DNA from: an uncultured virus (IMG/VR IMGVR_UViG_3300033121_002345)
Taxonomy: Duplodnaviria; Heunggongvirae; Uroviricota; Caudoviricetes
Virus record (IMG/VR): IMGVR_UViG_3300033121_002345
DNA length: 62,838 bases
Reading direction: 5' to 3' (one strand)
Positions 20,373 to 29,838 of the stretch are shown piece by piece. Under the pieces are notes generated by a model that did no database searches, was not told the origin of the DNA, and saw only the letters and a list, made by a program, of their open reading frames with translations. The position numbers and the translations under genes were made by a program. Position 1 is the first letter of the stretch. The number at the start of each line of letters is the position of its first letter.

Positions 20373-20677
20373 CAGACCAGAACTCTCAAAGCTGAGTCGA
20401 TTTCCGACTCATCGAAGATGCCAACAATCTTGTGTTGCAGCTTTCCCCGAAGGAAAAAGCGAAGCTGAGGGGCTCTAACACAGGCCAGCTCTTCACTAGC
20501 GCTGGTGCGAGAGTTGGTTTCAACCACGGAGACTTGAAACCCCCTTGAGCGGAGCCGACCTTCTTGGGATAGAAGGGCCTGCTGCGCTCGGGCGCTCAGT
20601 TCATCCTCAGGATGAATTAGGAGTACGACTACGTTCGCCTTCTGGCGAATCTGGGAGATTGTTTGCTCTGGCGTCAT
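20372..20677 (-). CDS. Thioredoxin-fold protein without CxxC
   Basis: VRAPQLRFFLRGK...IVG thioredoxin C-terminal pattern; ATG at 20677. Confidence 0.55.
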   Translation of the reverse strand: MTPEQTISQIRQKANVVVLLIHPEDELSARAQQALLSQEGRLRSRGFQVSVVETNSRTSASEELACVRAPQLRFFLRGKLQHKIVGIFDESEIDSALRVLV

Positions 20678-20681
20678 GTGC

Positions 20682-20713
20682 AAAGGAGGGCGGGGAAAGT
20701 CCCGCCCTCCTTT
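20682..20713 (-). terminator. Intrinsic terminator/hairpin after SSB gene
   Basis: AAAGGAGGGCGGG-N6-CCCGCCCTCCTTT perfect inverted repeat. Confidence 0.75.
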
Positions 20714-20725
20714 TACACGAGTTGC

Positions 20726-21799
20726 TCAGAGGTCGCCGAAATCGTTGTCGAAGTCGTCGTCATCCTCTTCCACCGGGGGCTTCTTCTTGGCCTTCGGGGG
20801 CGGGGGTGCGTCGTCCTCGTCATCGTCGACAGGAGCCGGCTTCTTCTTGGCCTTCGGCGGAGGAGCTTCATCCTCATCGTCGTCCGCAGGCGGAGCGGGC
20901 TTCTTGGTCTTCACCGGAGGTGCATCGTCCTCGTCATCGTCGGCGACAGGACGCTTCTTCGCCGGCTTGGCGGGCGGTGCGTCGTCCTCGTCATCGTCGT
21001 CCGAGGGAGCGGGCTTCTTCGCCTGCGCCGGCTTTCCAGCCGAGCGGGGCGGAGTTGCCTCGAAGTCCTCGTCGTCCTCATCGTTCGAGCGAGCGGGCTT
21101 CTTGGAGGCCTTCTTCGGAAGGCTCTCGGTCTCATCGTCACCGTCGTCCGAAGACTTCTTGTCCCCGTCGAAGTAGCCGTGCCGCCTCAGATCCTCACGG
21201 ATCTTGTGGACGTCGGGCTCCTGGTAGAATTCCTCGAAGGCGATAAGAGACAGAGCTGTCTCTTCTTCGGACAGCGGACCACGGTCGCCCTTCTGGACCT
21301 GCCACTCGGTTCCGCCGCGCTTCTTGCTGCGCTGCTTCTGCAAGTGCACGTCGCAGCCGAACTTCGGGTGCGTGATGGACTTCGCTTCGCCCTTGACGAC
21401 ATTCAGCTTCTTCAGATCGATGAGCTGACGCATCACGGTTGGAGGAACGTCGAGGGCCCGAATCGGGTCGTCGTCACCTCGGTTCTGTGCGGTCCGGTCG
21501 ATGACGTTCATCATGTACCGAACGCCAGGCCGCAAGCCGACCTCACATGCAGGGCATCCGCCCTTCTTTGAAGCGGTCTCGGAATTGGAGTCCCAGTTCG
21601 CGCAGTCGATGGGGTAGCGCTTCTTCTCCCCAGCCTTGTTTACGAACTCGATCCAGTGTTGTGCGTAACTGAATACGCCACCCACGACTCTGAAGGGATA
21701 CCACTCGTCCATCTTCGGCAGCTCTGCTACCGCGATGTCTTCCTTCCAGTTCTTGTCACGGGTCCTTGGGTTTGTGTCGTCGAAATCCTTGAGTGCCAC
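20726..21799 (-). CDS. Single-stranded DNA-binding protein (gp32-like) with repetitive acidic/basic tail
   Basis: HW...C...CPAC zinc motif, YMMNVIDR, ITHPKFGCDV; acidic C-terminus DDDFDNDFGDL. Confidence 0.75.
   Translation of the reverse strand: MALKDFDDTNPRTRDKNWKEDIAVAELPKMDEWYPFRVVGGVFSYAQHWIEFVNKAGEKKRYPIDCANWDSNSETASKKGGCPACEVGLRPGVRYMMNVIDRTAQNRGDDDPIRALDVPPTVMRQLIDLKKLNVVKGEAKSITHPKFGCDVHLQKQRSKKRGGTEWQVQKGDRGPLSEEETALSLIAFEEFYQEPDVHKIREDLRRHGYFDGDKKSSDDGDDETESLPKKASKKPARSNDEDDEDFEATPPRSAGKPAQAKKPAPSDDDDEDDAPPAKPAKKRPVADDDEDDAPPVKTKKPAPPADDDEDEAPPPKAKKKPAPVDDDEDDAPPPPKAKKKPPVEEDDDDFDNDFGDL
20755..21145 (-). repeat. Tandem imperfect coding repeats (KKPAP.DDDEDDAPP) in SSB tail
   Basis: About five to six units of roughly 20 aa, visible in DNA and protein. 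Confidence 0.85.
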
Positions 21800-21861
21800 G
21801 GTGTGTTGCCTTACGTGTTACGGGTTGAGAGAAACGGTGTGTACGGTTGTACAGGGACGGG

Positions 21862-23094
21862 TTAGAGGGCAGATACCTGCCTAAGTCTTTCTGCCTCGAC
21901 TTTTTGAGGGTCGAGTTTCTGAGAAACATATTCTGTCAGGCCGTAGGCCAAACAGACTAGGTTCCGTAGATTTTCAGGGAGCGACTCCAGGAGAACCTTT
22001 ACAGAGTCCGACGGATCGTAATCGAGAGGGTCTTCTTGTTCCTCTTGAGACTCCACCAAGGTAGACACGGTGGAAGTAGAGCCGTCAGGCTTGAGCGGGT
22101 AATCCAAAGAACGGACCTGAGAGGTCCGTACTGTGCTGTAGATAGCATCTACGTGGCTTCTCGAATACCCGGAGACCTGAGAAAGTTCTTCGTTGCTCAG
22201 GGGCCCGAGCTGCGACTCCTGCTTGACGCGGATAGCCTCCAGCCTGGCATAGTGCTGCCACGTGTTGGAGGAGACTCGGATGAGGTTCGAGTCTTCCTTC
22301 AGGTAGTAGAGCATGCTCTGCCGGATCCACCAGCGAGCATGACCTACGAATCGGGCATTCGAGACGTTGTCGTAGGACGAAATTGCTCGCAGCAGCCCGA
22401 AGCTTCCGTTCTGGAAACAGTCCAAGGCGTGGTCCTCGGATACAGCTTGGGCCTTTGCCTGCTTGAGGATTACGCGGGAGTAGGCGTTGAAGACCCGCTC
22501 GTAGATATCCTGAAGGGCGTCCAGCCTCTGCCCGACGTAGCGGACGACACCATAGGCAGTTCGTGGGTCCAGACGACAGTTCTGCTCAAGGTAGTGGCAG
22601 TCGGCATCTGCTTGTGAGGCCGCCTCTGAGTCTTCGTCGAGGTGGGCCTGGAGGCTTCGATGAGAGGCCTCCTGATAGGCCTGGGCCTTGGTGAACCACT
22701 CCTTCAGGAATTGCTCGAAGACCATTCGAGTGAGAGGAAGGCTCAGTACGACTTCAAGCTGACGGTCCTTGTCTCCGCTCAAAACGGCGGCCTGAAGGTC
22801 CATGCAGGCGCACAGAAAATCGGCTTCGCGCTCCTCGGGGTCTGCTGGAACATCGCGAACAGATCCTTCAACGAAGTCTACCGATCGCCGGTAGATGGCC
22901 TTGTTGCGGTCCAAGTTCGAGGCGACCTCAGCGCCAAGAGAGATCACTCCTAACTGGATGTAGTCATTCTCTCGGAGGAGAAGGCGAACAGAGTCGTTCA
23001 CGAGAAGAGAGGCGCGACTGAACAGCGGGAATAGCTCCTCCTGCGTGAGGGTATCCCCAGAATTGATAGACTCGATCAGTGTGCGCGCAGTCAT
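21862..23094 (-). CDS. Phage sigma70-family RNA polymerase sigma factor
   Basis: Region 2 DCFQNGSFGLLRAISSYD...RFVGHARWWIRQ; region 3 SLDYP; remnant ERLRQV; ATG at 23094 overlaps upstream TGA. Confidence 0.85.
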   Translation of the reverse strand: MTARTLIESINSGDTLTQEELFPLFSRASLLVNDSVRLLLRENDYIQLGVISLGAEVASNLDRNKAIYRRSVDFVEGSVRDVPADPEEREADFLCACMDLQAAVLSGDKDRQLEVVLSLPLTRMVFEQFLKEWFTKAQAYQEASHRSLQAHLDEDSEAASQADADCHYLEQNCRLDPRTAYGVVRYVGQRLDALQDIYERVFNAYSRVILKQAKAQAVSEDHALDCFQNGSFGLLRAISSYDNVSNARFVGHARWWIRQSMLYYLKEDSNLIRVSSNTWQHYARLEAIRVKQESQLGPLSNEELSQVSGYSRSHVDAIYSTVRTSQVRSLDYPLKPDGSTSTVSTLVESQEEQEDPLDYDPSDSVKVLLESLPENLRNLVCLAYGLTEYVSQKLDPQKVEAERLRQVSAL

Positions 23095-23558
23095 CAAGTG
23101 AGACGCCTCAACTGGTCGCTGATCGAGATCCTCGGGGACTGCTGTTGCCTCAGTCTCGTCATCTCCGTCGAGTGTGGCGAGAGAAGAGTTTCGGCTAGCT
23201 TGAGCAAGTGCGGGCATAAACCTGGCTTCTGGAGCCCCTGATACTTCTCAGGGATCTCGTCTTTTCGAACTCGCAGATCTGTAGCGCCCATGGTGTAGAG
23301 CACTGAGGCGAGTCGGACTCGAAAGTAGGGGCACGAACAGGACACCTTGGCGGTGGCGTCCACAATGATCTCGTGAGAGTAAACGCGGAGTGCGCTCTTT
23401 CTCGGGTCTTTGCCTCCGGTGATGAGCGCTACGAATTGAATGAAGTCGCCTAGGTTGTCAGAGTCTACTCTTCGTTCAAGGGCCTCAATCGTGTAGTCGG
23501 TGGTGAACCGACGACGATCGGGTTCCGTGAGAACGAGAAGCTGACTGAGGGTGAGCAT
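23094..23558 (-). CDS. SWIM zinc-finger protein
   Basis: VSCSCPYF...GLCPHL (CxC...CxH). Confidence 0.75.
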   Translation of the reverse strand: MLTLSQLLVLTEPDRRRFTTDYTIEALERRVDSDNLGDFIQFVALITGGKDPRKSALRVYSHEIIVDATAKVSCSCPYFRVRLASVLYTMGATDLRVRKDEIPEKYQGLQKPGLCPHLLKLAETLLSPHSTEMTRLRQQQSPRISISDQLRRLT

Positions 23559-23924
23559 TAGAGGCTGAACACCTTGTCAAGCAGGTCTAGGCACGCCCGC
23601 AACTTGCGGAGGGCAAATCGGTTGCCCTGATGCTTCAGGAGAACTGAGAGTTTGTCAGCCGAAGTTGTGTGAATCAGAAAGGCCAAAGCCTGAGCGAGGA
23701 AGAAGATGTCGTGCCCTTCCTCCACCCCGTGTACTTCCTTCAAGTACTTTCGGATTTCCTTGGCCGAGTTGCCCGTTGCGACGTGAATCTTCATCAGCAA
23801 GTCTTGCGTCGATTAGACGCGAGTAGCAGTCCAACAGAGCGGGGTAATTCGTCTGGGGGTCACTACGGAACGCCTTAGCTGCCTTCTCATACTGGAGAAG
23901 GACGTTGTTGTCCTCTTCACGCAT
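23558..23924 (-). CDS. Hypothetical protein, possibly one gene split by a frameshift or two overlapping small ORFs
   Basis: MREEDNN... from ATG 23924 and ...LLMKIHVATG... (23558-23800) overlap in different frames. Confidence 0.4.
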
Positions 23925-23929
23925 ACCTA

Positions 23930-24742
23930 TTACAGTTCTTTCCAAGCACCCAGCGAGAAGAGAAGAAAATCGTACTTCAGAGGATCCGCGGGGTCAAGTT
24001 GACGGAGGCTGGAGGTGATGTCCTCCGCACACCGCCAAGTACTACCTGACTTGGTGGTCAGGCCGAGTTTGAGGCTGACAGCCTGGACATGGGTGTCCAG
24101 TGGGATGATCAGACGGTCAGGAGATATACCAGACCACAGGTGCAAGTCTACTTCGTCCTCTCGGAACATCCATCTCAGCAGCATATTCAGGCGCTTACAG
24201 GCACTACCCGTGTGAGGGTCCGGTAGGAGATATCCAAGCCCTGGGCTTCCTTCAGGAGGAAGTCCACATGGAGAAAAATCCATCCCTCGAAGGGTCGCCA
24301 CGAAGGAAGCCAAAGACCCGAAGATGGTCTTATCCTCTTCGGGAAGAAATCCCATGACGAAGGCGCTCTCCAGAGACCCGTAGATCGTGAAAACGTGCTT
24401 CAGGGAAAAGAGCAGACACCGAATGTCGTCGGCTGAGTTGAAACGGTACTTGAACCAGTCGAATCTAGAGCGGAACCCATCGTCCATCACGAATTCGTAG
24501 GGAGAAGATCCCATCTCCTTCAGTAGCTTGGACACGACAGGCACGAAGATCTTCCGCTGGCCGTATGCGAGAGAAGATGCCAGAAGTGCAACTACCTCTG
24601 CGTCCCTGGGACGGTCGGCAAAGGGATACACCAATCCGATCGGGTCCTCGCGTTCGGCGTGGCCACGCATGTGGGGTTTAAGCTGAGTGAGGCGCCCGTC
24701 GAGGTACTCTCGGAGGCGCCTCACTTGGGAAGTGTCTAGCAC
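23930..24742 (-). CDS. TIGR02757/DUF2400 family protein (HhH-like)
   Basis: DPI...D.EVVALLASSLAYG, SACKRLNMLLRWM.R, LIIPLDTHV, DPLKYDFLLF. Confidence 0.85.
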   Translation of the reverse strand: MLDTSQVRRLREYLDGRLTQLKPHMRGHAEREDPIGLVYPFADRPRDAEVVALLASSLAYGQRKIFVPVVSKLLKEMGSSPYEFVMDDGFRSRFDWFKYRFNSADDIRCLLFSLKHVFTIYGSLESAFVMGFLPEEDKTIFGSLASFVATLRGMDFSPCGLPPEGSPGLGYLLPDPHTGSACKRLNMLLRWMFREDEVDLHLWSGISPDRLIIPLDTHVQAVSLKLGLTTKSGSTWRCAEDITSSLRQLDPADPLKYDFLLFSLGAWKEL

Positions 24743-26455
24743 TCAGCCCTCACACATCGAACACTCCGCAGCAGACCGAATGTAGGATCGGCTACCGCTG
24801 TCTCCGCGCAGGACGGAGCTGGTACGACAGTAGTACAGCGTCAGAAGGCCAGCCTTCCACGCTTCGACGTGAACGCCGTTCAAGTACTTGGGGTCCGTGT
24901 TGGAAGGGAAGAAGAGGTTGAGGCTCTGCCCCTGGTCAATCCACTTCTGGCGACTTGCAGCCAGGCGAACGACCGCGTACTGGTTGATTTCCCGAGCGGT
25001 CAGGAAGACCGCCTTCTCCTCGGCAGAGAGACAATCCAGGTGCTGGACGCTTCCCTCGTTGTTCACGATGGACTTCCAGGTCTCCGAATCGTTGCGAGAA
25101 CGCGACTCCAGGAGGTTTTCCAAGATGCGGTTCTTCTGCATGAAGGTGCCCTTGGCACTCTTCTGCGCGAAGGCATTAGCCGTCCACGGCTCGATTCCGG
25201 CGGAGACGTTTCCAGAGATGAGGGAGTTCGAAACAGTGGGAGCCACTGCCAGAACGTGAGTGTTGCGACGCCCGTGGCCCTTGCACCACTCAGGCTCACC
25301 GAACACCTCCGCCAATTCCTTGGTGGCGGTTTCCGCCTGAGCCCTCATATGGCGGAAGATCATGCCGTTGAGGAGATAGGCGTCCATCGAGTCGAAGGAG
25401 AAACCCTTGCTCTGGAAGAGCGTGTGGAGACCAAGAACACCGAGACCAAGTGCTCGGCTCTTGATGGAGAAGAGCTGTGCGCGCTCGAATCCCTTGAGGC
25501 CGGCGGTCTTCTCGATGAATTCCTCCATGACCGCGTCCAAGAACCACACGGCGAGCCGAACAGCGTCGGTGTCTTTCCACTCATCGAAGCGGGCGACGTT
25601 CATGGAGGAGAGGCAGCACACGAAAGTGTGCAGCTCATCAGTGTGCAGCATGATCTCACTGCAAAGCTGTGACGTGAGGACGTCAAGACCGAGGCTCTTG
25701 TAGCACTCAGGACGAGCCCTCTCGACGTTGTCCCTGAAGAAGAGGTAGGGCTCTCCGGTCTCGAAGCGAGACTTCAGGATCTTCGTCCAACGCCTGCGAG
25801 CCTCCGTGTCTCCGTCGACCACCTTCTGCATGAAGTCGTCACCACAACTCAAAGCGTGATGAATGTTCAGGCACTGACGGTTGATGTCGCCTGAGGGGCG
25901 ACGCATCTCGATGAATTCGTCGAAGTCGCCATGCTCCACTTCAAGGTAGGCCGAGCTAGCACCGCGTCGAGTTCCACCCTGAGAGATTCCTACTGTGACG
26001 GAGTCCTGAATTTTCAGGAAGGGAACGATGCCATCGCTGTGGCCGTTGTTGGTAATCGGCGTACCCCTAGGGCGGACCCGACCCCAGTAGGTACCAATTC
26101 CGCCGCCGTTCTTGCTAAGCATGCCGATCTCATGCATTGACGACATGATGCCATCAACAGAATCGGGGATGGTCATGCCGTAGCAACTGATGGGCAGACC
26201 TCGTGTCGTTCCGAGGTTGGCCGCCACAGGCGAGGCGGGGCACAACCAGTTCTTCCAGAAGAGTTCGAAGAACTTCTCTTCCAGCTCTGGGCGCTTCAGA
26301 GTCCGAGCCGCCGAAGAGGAGAGTCTCCGGTACATCCCACGAGGGGTTTCATCGGTCAGAAGGTAGCCGCGGGAAAGAGTCGTGTAGCCCTCAATTGTCA
26401 TCCACTGAGGGGCCTCCCCCTCGGACTTCAACAGATCGAGATCTGACATAGTCAC
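24743..26455 (-). CDS. nrdA: Ribonucleotide reductase class I alpha subunit
   Basis: PISC, GGGIG, QGGTRRG, QLCSEI, CCLSS, APT, TLYY, C-terminal CxxC. Confidence 0.95.
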   Translation of the reverse strand: MTMSDLDLLKSEGEAPQWMTIEGYTTLSRGYLLTDETPRGMYRRLSSSAARTLKRPELEEKFFELFWKNWLCPASPVAANLGTTRGLPISCYGMTIPDSVDGIMSSMHEIGMLSKNGGGIGTYWGRVRPRGTPITNNGHSDGIVPFLKIQDSVTVGISQGGTRRGASSAYLEVEHGDFDEFIEMRRPSGDINRQCLNIHHALSCGDDFMQKVVDGDTEARRRWTKILKSRFETGEPYLFFRDNVERARPECYKSLGLDVLTSQLCSEIMLHTDELHTFVCCLSSMNVARFDEWKDTDAVRLAVWFLDAVMEEFIEKTAGLKGFERAQLFSIKSRALGLGVLGLHTLFQSKGFSFDSMDAYLLNGMIFRHMRAQAETATKELAEVFGEPEWCKGHGRRNTHVLAVAPTVSNSLISGNVSAGIEPWTANAFAQKSAKGTFMQKNRILENLLESRSRNDSETWKSIVNNEGSVQHLDCLSAEEKAVFLTAREINQYAVVRLAASRQKWIDQGQSLNLFFPSNTDPKYLNGVHVEAWKAGLLTLYYCRTSSVLRGDSGSRSYIRSAAECSMCEG

Positions 26456-27456
26456 TCCGCGTCGGCGAACATAGAGGATTCTTGGATCGACGGAGTCTCG
26501 TCGAACATGGAATCGAAGTCCATGTGACCCTTAGAGTAGTCCGAGACTCGATTCGCGAAGAAATCTTGGCTCTCTACTCCGGTGGAGAGGAAGTCAAACC
26601 ACGACATACGGTCGAGGAGAGACTCGTCGAGTTCAGTCCAGTTGCGCTTCAGACCCAGGTCGCCGAGCTTGACATTAGCTCGTCTACGAATGAACGTCTT
26701 CAGATCCTCCCGCTTCAGGCCGCGGATCTCCCCGGTAGAGAAGAAGGAGTCAATGAACGCGTCTTCAAGAGCGACAGTCTGTCGTGCAGCTTCGTAGATA
26801 TCCCTCTTCAATTCGTCATCCCAAATCTCAGGGTTTTCCGCGATGAACTGACGGAAGAGCCAGCATCCGGCATCGCTGTGTAGACTCTCGTCTCGGATCG
26901 AGAACGAGATGATCTGTCCAACGCCCTTTAACAGGTTCGATCGAGAGAAGTTGAGCAGAGCAGCGAAGGAAGAGAAGAGAGATACGCCCTCTGTGAAACC
27001 AGAGAAGATGGCCAGGCTGCGAGCGATGTCGCGAGGCGTCTCCTTCTCGACGGAAAGAAGTCGGTCCAGCTTTGCCTTGGCGGTGGGCTCCTCCAAGAAG
27101 GCATCGTAGTCGGACAGGCCCAGGGAATCGTTGAGGTGTGCGTAGGCGATTGTGTGAATCGTCTCCATGTTGGCGAATGCGCTGGCCATCATGACAATTT
27201 CGGGGTGGGGAAACCACCGAGCGACGTTCTTCGACCAGTAATCGTTGACAACGATTTCGGTCTGGATGAAGCCTTTCAAGACGCCACCAACTACGGCTCG
27301 ATCAGCATCCGTCAGGTTGAGCTTCCAATCCTGGACGTCGGATGCCATCGGCACTTCGGTATGTAGCCAGTGGGCGTTCTGCTGCTTCAGCCAGTAGTCG
27401 TGAGCGCGTGCGTAGTGGAACGGTTTGTAGGTTGAGCGACCTTCGAGAAGACCCAC
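26452..27456 (-). CDS. nrdB: Ribonucleotide reductase class I beta subunit
   Basis: YKPF.Y, HW, ETIH..AY, EGVSLFSSF, RDESLH, DFFA.R...Y; GTG at 27456 with GGAG RBS. Confidence 0.95.
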   Translation of the reverse strand: MGLLEGRSTYKPFHYARAHDYWLKQQNAHWLHTEVPMASDVQDWKLNLTDADRAVVGGVLKGFIQTEIVVNDYWSKNVARWFPHPEIVMMASAFANMETIHTIAYAHLNDSLGLSDYDAFLEEPTAKAKLDRLLSVEKETPRDIARSLAIFSGFTEGVSLFSSFAALLNFSRSNLLKGVGQIISFSIRDESLHSDAGCWLFRQFIAENPEIWDDELKRDIYEAARQTVALEDAFIDSFFSTGEIRGLKREDLKTFIRRRANVKLGDLGLKRNWTELDESLLDRMSWFDFLSTGVESQDFFANRVSDYSKGHMDFDSMFDETPSIQESSMFADAE

Positions 27457-27614
27457 GAGGACTACTCCAAAAGTGAAAAGGATGGTGGGCAGCAATCACA
27501 ATTCCGAATCGTGATGCCGCTTGGGATGCCCGTTCACGGGGCGACCGGCGAGCGAGTCTGGAGTCTAGATAAGTGCCGACTGAAAGGTTCTAAGAGGCGT
27601 TGGAACCAAACAGG

Positions 27615-28058
27615 TCAAGGCGACTTTTCGAGCCAAGAATCCAGGGAATTCAGGTAAGTTTCGAGGTGAGATTCCAACGTCGTGAGAGCTACATCGATAC
27701 TCTCTTCGTCGCTAACCTGCGTGAGGGTTGGAACCAACTCAGTTTGGGCCAGCGACCACATTTTTGGATCGGTCTTGAACGCGTGCACGAGCTTCAAGTA
27801 CGCGTCTGCGATAACCGAGAGAGCCTTGGCTCGATCGGCGTAGGTCATCTCGTCCTCTCGGGACTTGGAGACGAGAAGTTTCATGCGCTGCGCCAACTGC
27901 TGAAGCGCTGAGGCGCGAGACCTGGTGTAGTCGGACCCCTCAGACTCTTGAAGGCGCAGGGCCTGCTGAAGGCCCGACAGTAGAGAAAGCGCCTTCGAGC
28001 CCTCAGGAAGGAGGGCCTCCAATTCTGCTGCAACATCAAGCGAGGTCTCACGAGACAT
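27615..28058 (-). CDS. Hypothetical protein
   Basis: 147 aa helical ORF. Confidence 0.6.
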   Translation of the reverse strand: MSRETSLDVAAELEALLPEGSKALSLLSGLQQALRLQESEGSDYTRSRASALQQLAQRMKLLVSKSREDEMTYADRAKALSVIADAYLKLVHAFKTDPKMWSLAQTELVPTLTQVSDEESIDVALTTLESHLETYLNSLDSWLEKSP

Positions 28059-28899
28059 GTCGAACTAGGCTTTCAGCGGGGATGAGGAAGCTCTCCAAGT
28101 TGGGACTGAAGCAGACTCCAGTATAGGGACAGTTTCTCCACTGCCCATCGGAAACCGACTTACAGGTTCGGTCCGGGATAACACCGTTTACCAAGTCGGT
28201 CCGCGCTTGCTGGTAGTCCTGCAGCGTGTCGGCGTAGACCGTCTCCAACGGAGACCGGACAAAGACCCGGAAGTTCGCGGGGTTGTCGCGACTGAAGTAG
28301 ACGAAGATCAGCTTGTCGAGCGTCCACCCGTGCTCTTGGTTGAGAGCGTGTAGGTAGCACGACGCCTGAACCATGTGCTGGTCGTAAGGATTTTCCAGCT
28401 TCGAGATTCGCTTCTCGGAGGTGGTCTTGAATTCGGTGACGCCGTTGTAGATCACGGCGAGACCGTCCACGTGCATACCCAACTCCGACTTTGGAGCCAG
28501 TTCCTCGTACTGCTGAGGCCTGCCGCAGACGCTGCAGAGGGCAGAGCCTTCTCTGCTGTGCTCGATCACTCCGCAGCAGGACCAGTCCCCATAGAGGAAC
28601 TTCGACATTCCCAGGAACTGCTGAACGACGGAGTGGACAGCCGATCCGATCCGGACGTAGAAGTTGAAGTCGTAGTCCTCACTGCGAATTGGTCGAGCGT
28701 CTACGGGCCAACGGTGGTGGATGACGTACTCACGTTTGCAGAAGGGCAAGCGTGAGCTACGAAACTGGAATTCGTAAGGGACCTCGACCCCGGTAGGAGA
28801 GTCGATGGCCTGAGCCATTGGTGGATGAAAGATTTTCGTCAACTCTGACGAGATCTTGTCCTCTAGCTCGCGTCTTGAAACACGCGCGCTTTTAGCCAT
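28048..28899 (-). CDS. Cas4/RecB-like PD-(D/E)xK exonuclease
   Basis: SSRLPFC.R, G..VH, HVDG...EFKT, Q...Y, terminal C...CPY...C cluster. Confidence 0.8.
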   Translation of the reverse strand: MAKSARVSRRELEDKISSELTKIFHPPMAQAIDSPTGVEVPYEFQFRSSRLPFCKREYVIHHRWPVDARPIRSEDYDFNFYVRIGSAVHSVVQQFLGMSKFLYGDWSCCGVIEHSREGSALCSVCGRPQQYEELAPKSELGMHVDGLAVIYNGVTEFKTTSEKRISKLENPYDQHMVQASCYLHALNQEHGWTLDKLIFVYFSRDNPANFRVFVRSPLETVYADTLQDYQQARTDLVNGVIPDRTCKSVSDGQWRNCPYTGVCFSPNLESFLIPAESLVRHVS

Positions 28900-29837
28900 G
28901 CGAGTTGGTCTTTATCGAGAGAGCCTGGGTCATCGTCGCCTTCAATCCGAAGGGTCTTCGTTAGGTCGAATTTGGACTCCAGGGTAGGGCGGATCTTCTT
29001 CTCAGCCTGACGCCCTGCAGGGTCCGGGTCCATGAGTAGATAGACACGCTTGAGATTGAGCGAGAGCAGAAGGTCCACCTTCTCTTCGCTCCAGTTGTTT
29101 GATCCCAGAATCGAGAGGGCAGGGACTCCCGCCTGGAGAAGGTTGAGAGCGTCTACCTCACCTTCCACGAGGACAACTGCCCCGTCCTCGGCGTGGTACT
29201 GTCGAACGTAGTCGAAAGGGAAGAAGATCTTCTTGGCGTCGCACCCAGGAGCCCGGAAGTACTTCTGGAAGTCCAGCTTGTCGAGACGACGACCAACCCA
29301 CCCAACCAGACGGTCGTACTGCATGTACGGCCACAGGATGCGGTCGACAACGAAGGTTCGTCCCGTCTTGGTTTGAACCTGCTGCTTCCACAGGTACGAA
29401 GGGACTCGACCTAAGAACTTCTTGCTGAGACCACGCCACTCCGGCTGAGCCCATCTCGTCAGCGGCTCTGGTAAGGTCTTGGAGACGTCGTCCTCGGAGA
29501 TGAGGGAGTTGAAATCCTCCTGCAGCTTCTCGAAGAGATTCGTCTCGACGGCCTTGTTGACGTAGGTGTCGGCGTAGACGCGAGTGTTGAACTCGGTCAG
29601 ACCCATAGCCTTGGCCAGCTTGTTCCAGCTTCCAGACCAGTCGCACACCCAGCAGTGAGCCTTTCGCCCATCGCGGGTGATCTCAAGGTGCATACCGGTG
29701 TCGGCACCCTTCTCAGAATGAGGGAAGGGGCAGTTGAGCTTGAAGTTGTTCGACCCCGAAGATCGGTAGTCCACACCACTGCGGTTCAATTCCGCGGTGA
29801 TGTGCATTTCAGCTTCAACCGGGTGCGGCCACTGCAT
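28863..29837 (-). CDS. DNA primase (Zn finger + TOPRIM)
   Basis: CPFPH...HCWVC, GR, VEGEVDAL, MDPDPAG, DPG. Confidence 0.88.
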   Translation of the reverse strand: MQWPHPVEAEMHITAELNRSGVDYRSSGSNNFKLNCPFPHSEKGADTGMHLEITRDGRKAHCWVCDWSGSWNKLAKAMGLTEFNTRVYADTYVNKAVETNLFEKLQEDFNSLISEDDVSKTLPEPLTRWAQPEWRGLSKKFLGRVPSYLWKQQVQTKTGRTFVVDRILWPYMQYDRLVGWVGRRLDKLDFQKYFRAPGCDAKKIFFPFDYVRQYHAEDGAVVLVEGEVDALNLLQAGVPALSILGSNNWSEEKVDLLLSLNLKRVYLLMDPDPAGRQAEKKIRPTLESKFDLTKTLRIEGDDDPGSLDKDQLAWLKARVFQDAS

Positions 29838-29838
29838 G

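Noticed and set aside
21862..23217. 451-aa sigma ORF from the track's upstream start
   Set aside because: It would overlap the SWIM gene by 124 nt; ATG 23094 gives clean TGATG coupling
24743..27456. Introns or inteins in nrdAB (also checked recA, terL)
   Set aside because: ORFs are continuous, of normal length, without intein or intron signatures
28048..28899. Cas4-like nuclease as evidence of a CRISPR-Cas system
   Set aside because: No repeat-spacer array or other cas genes; solo Cas4-like nucleases next to primase are common in phages
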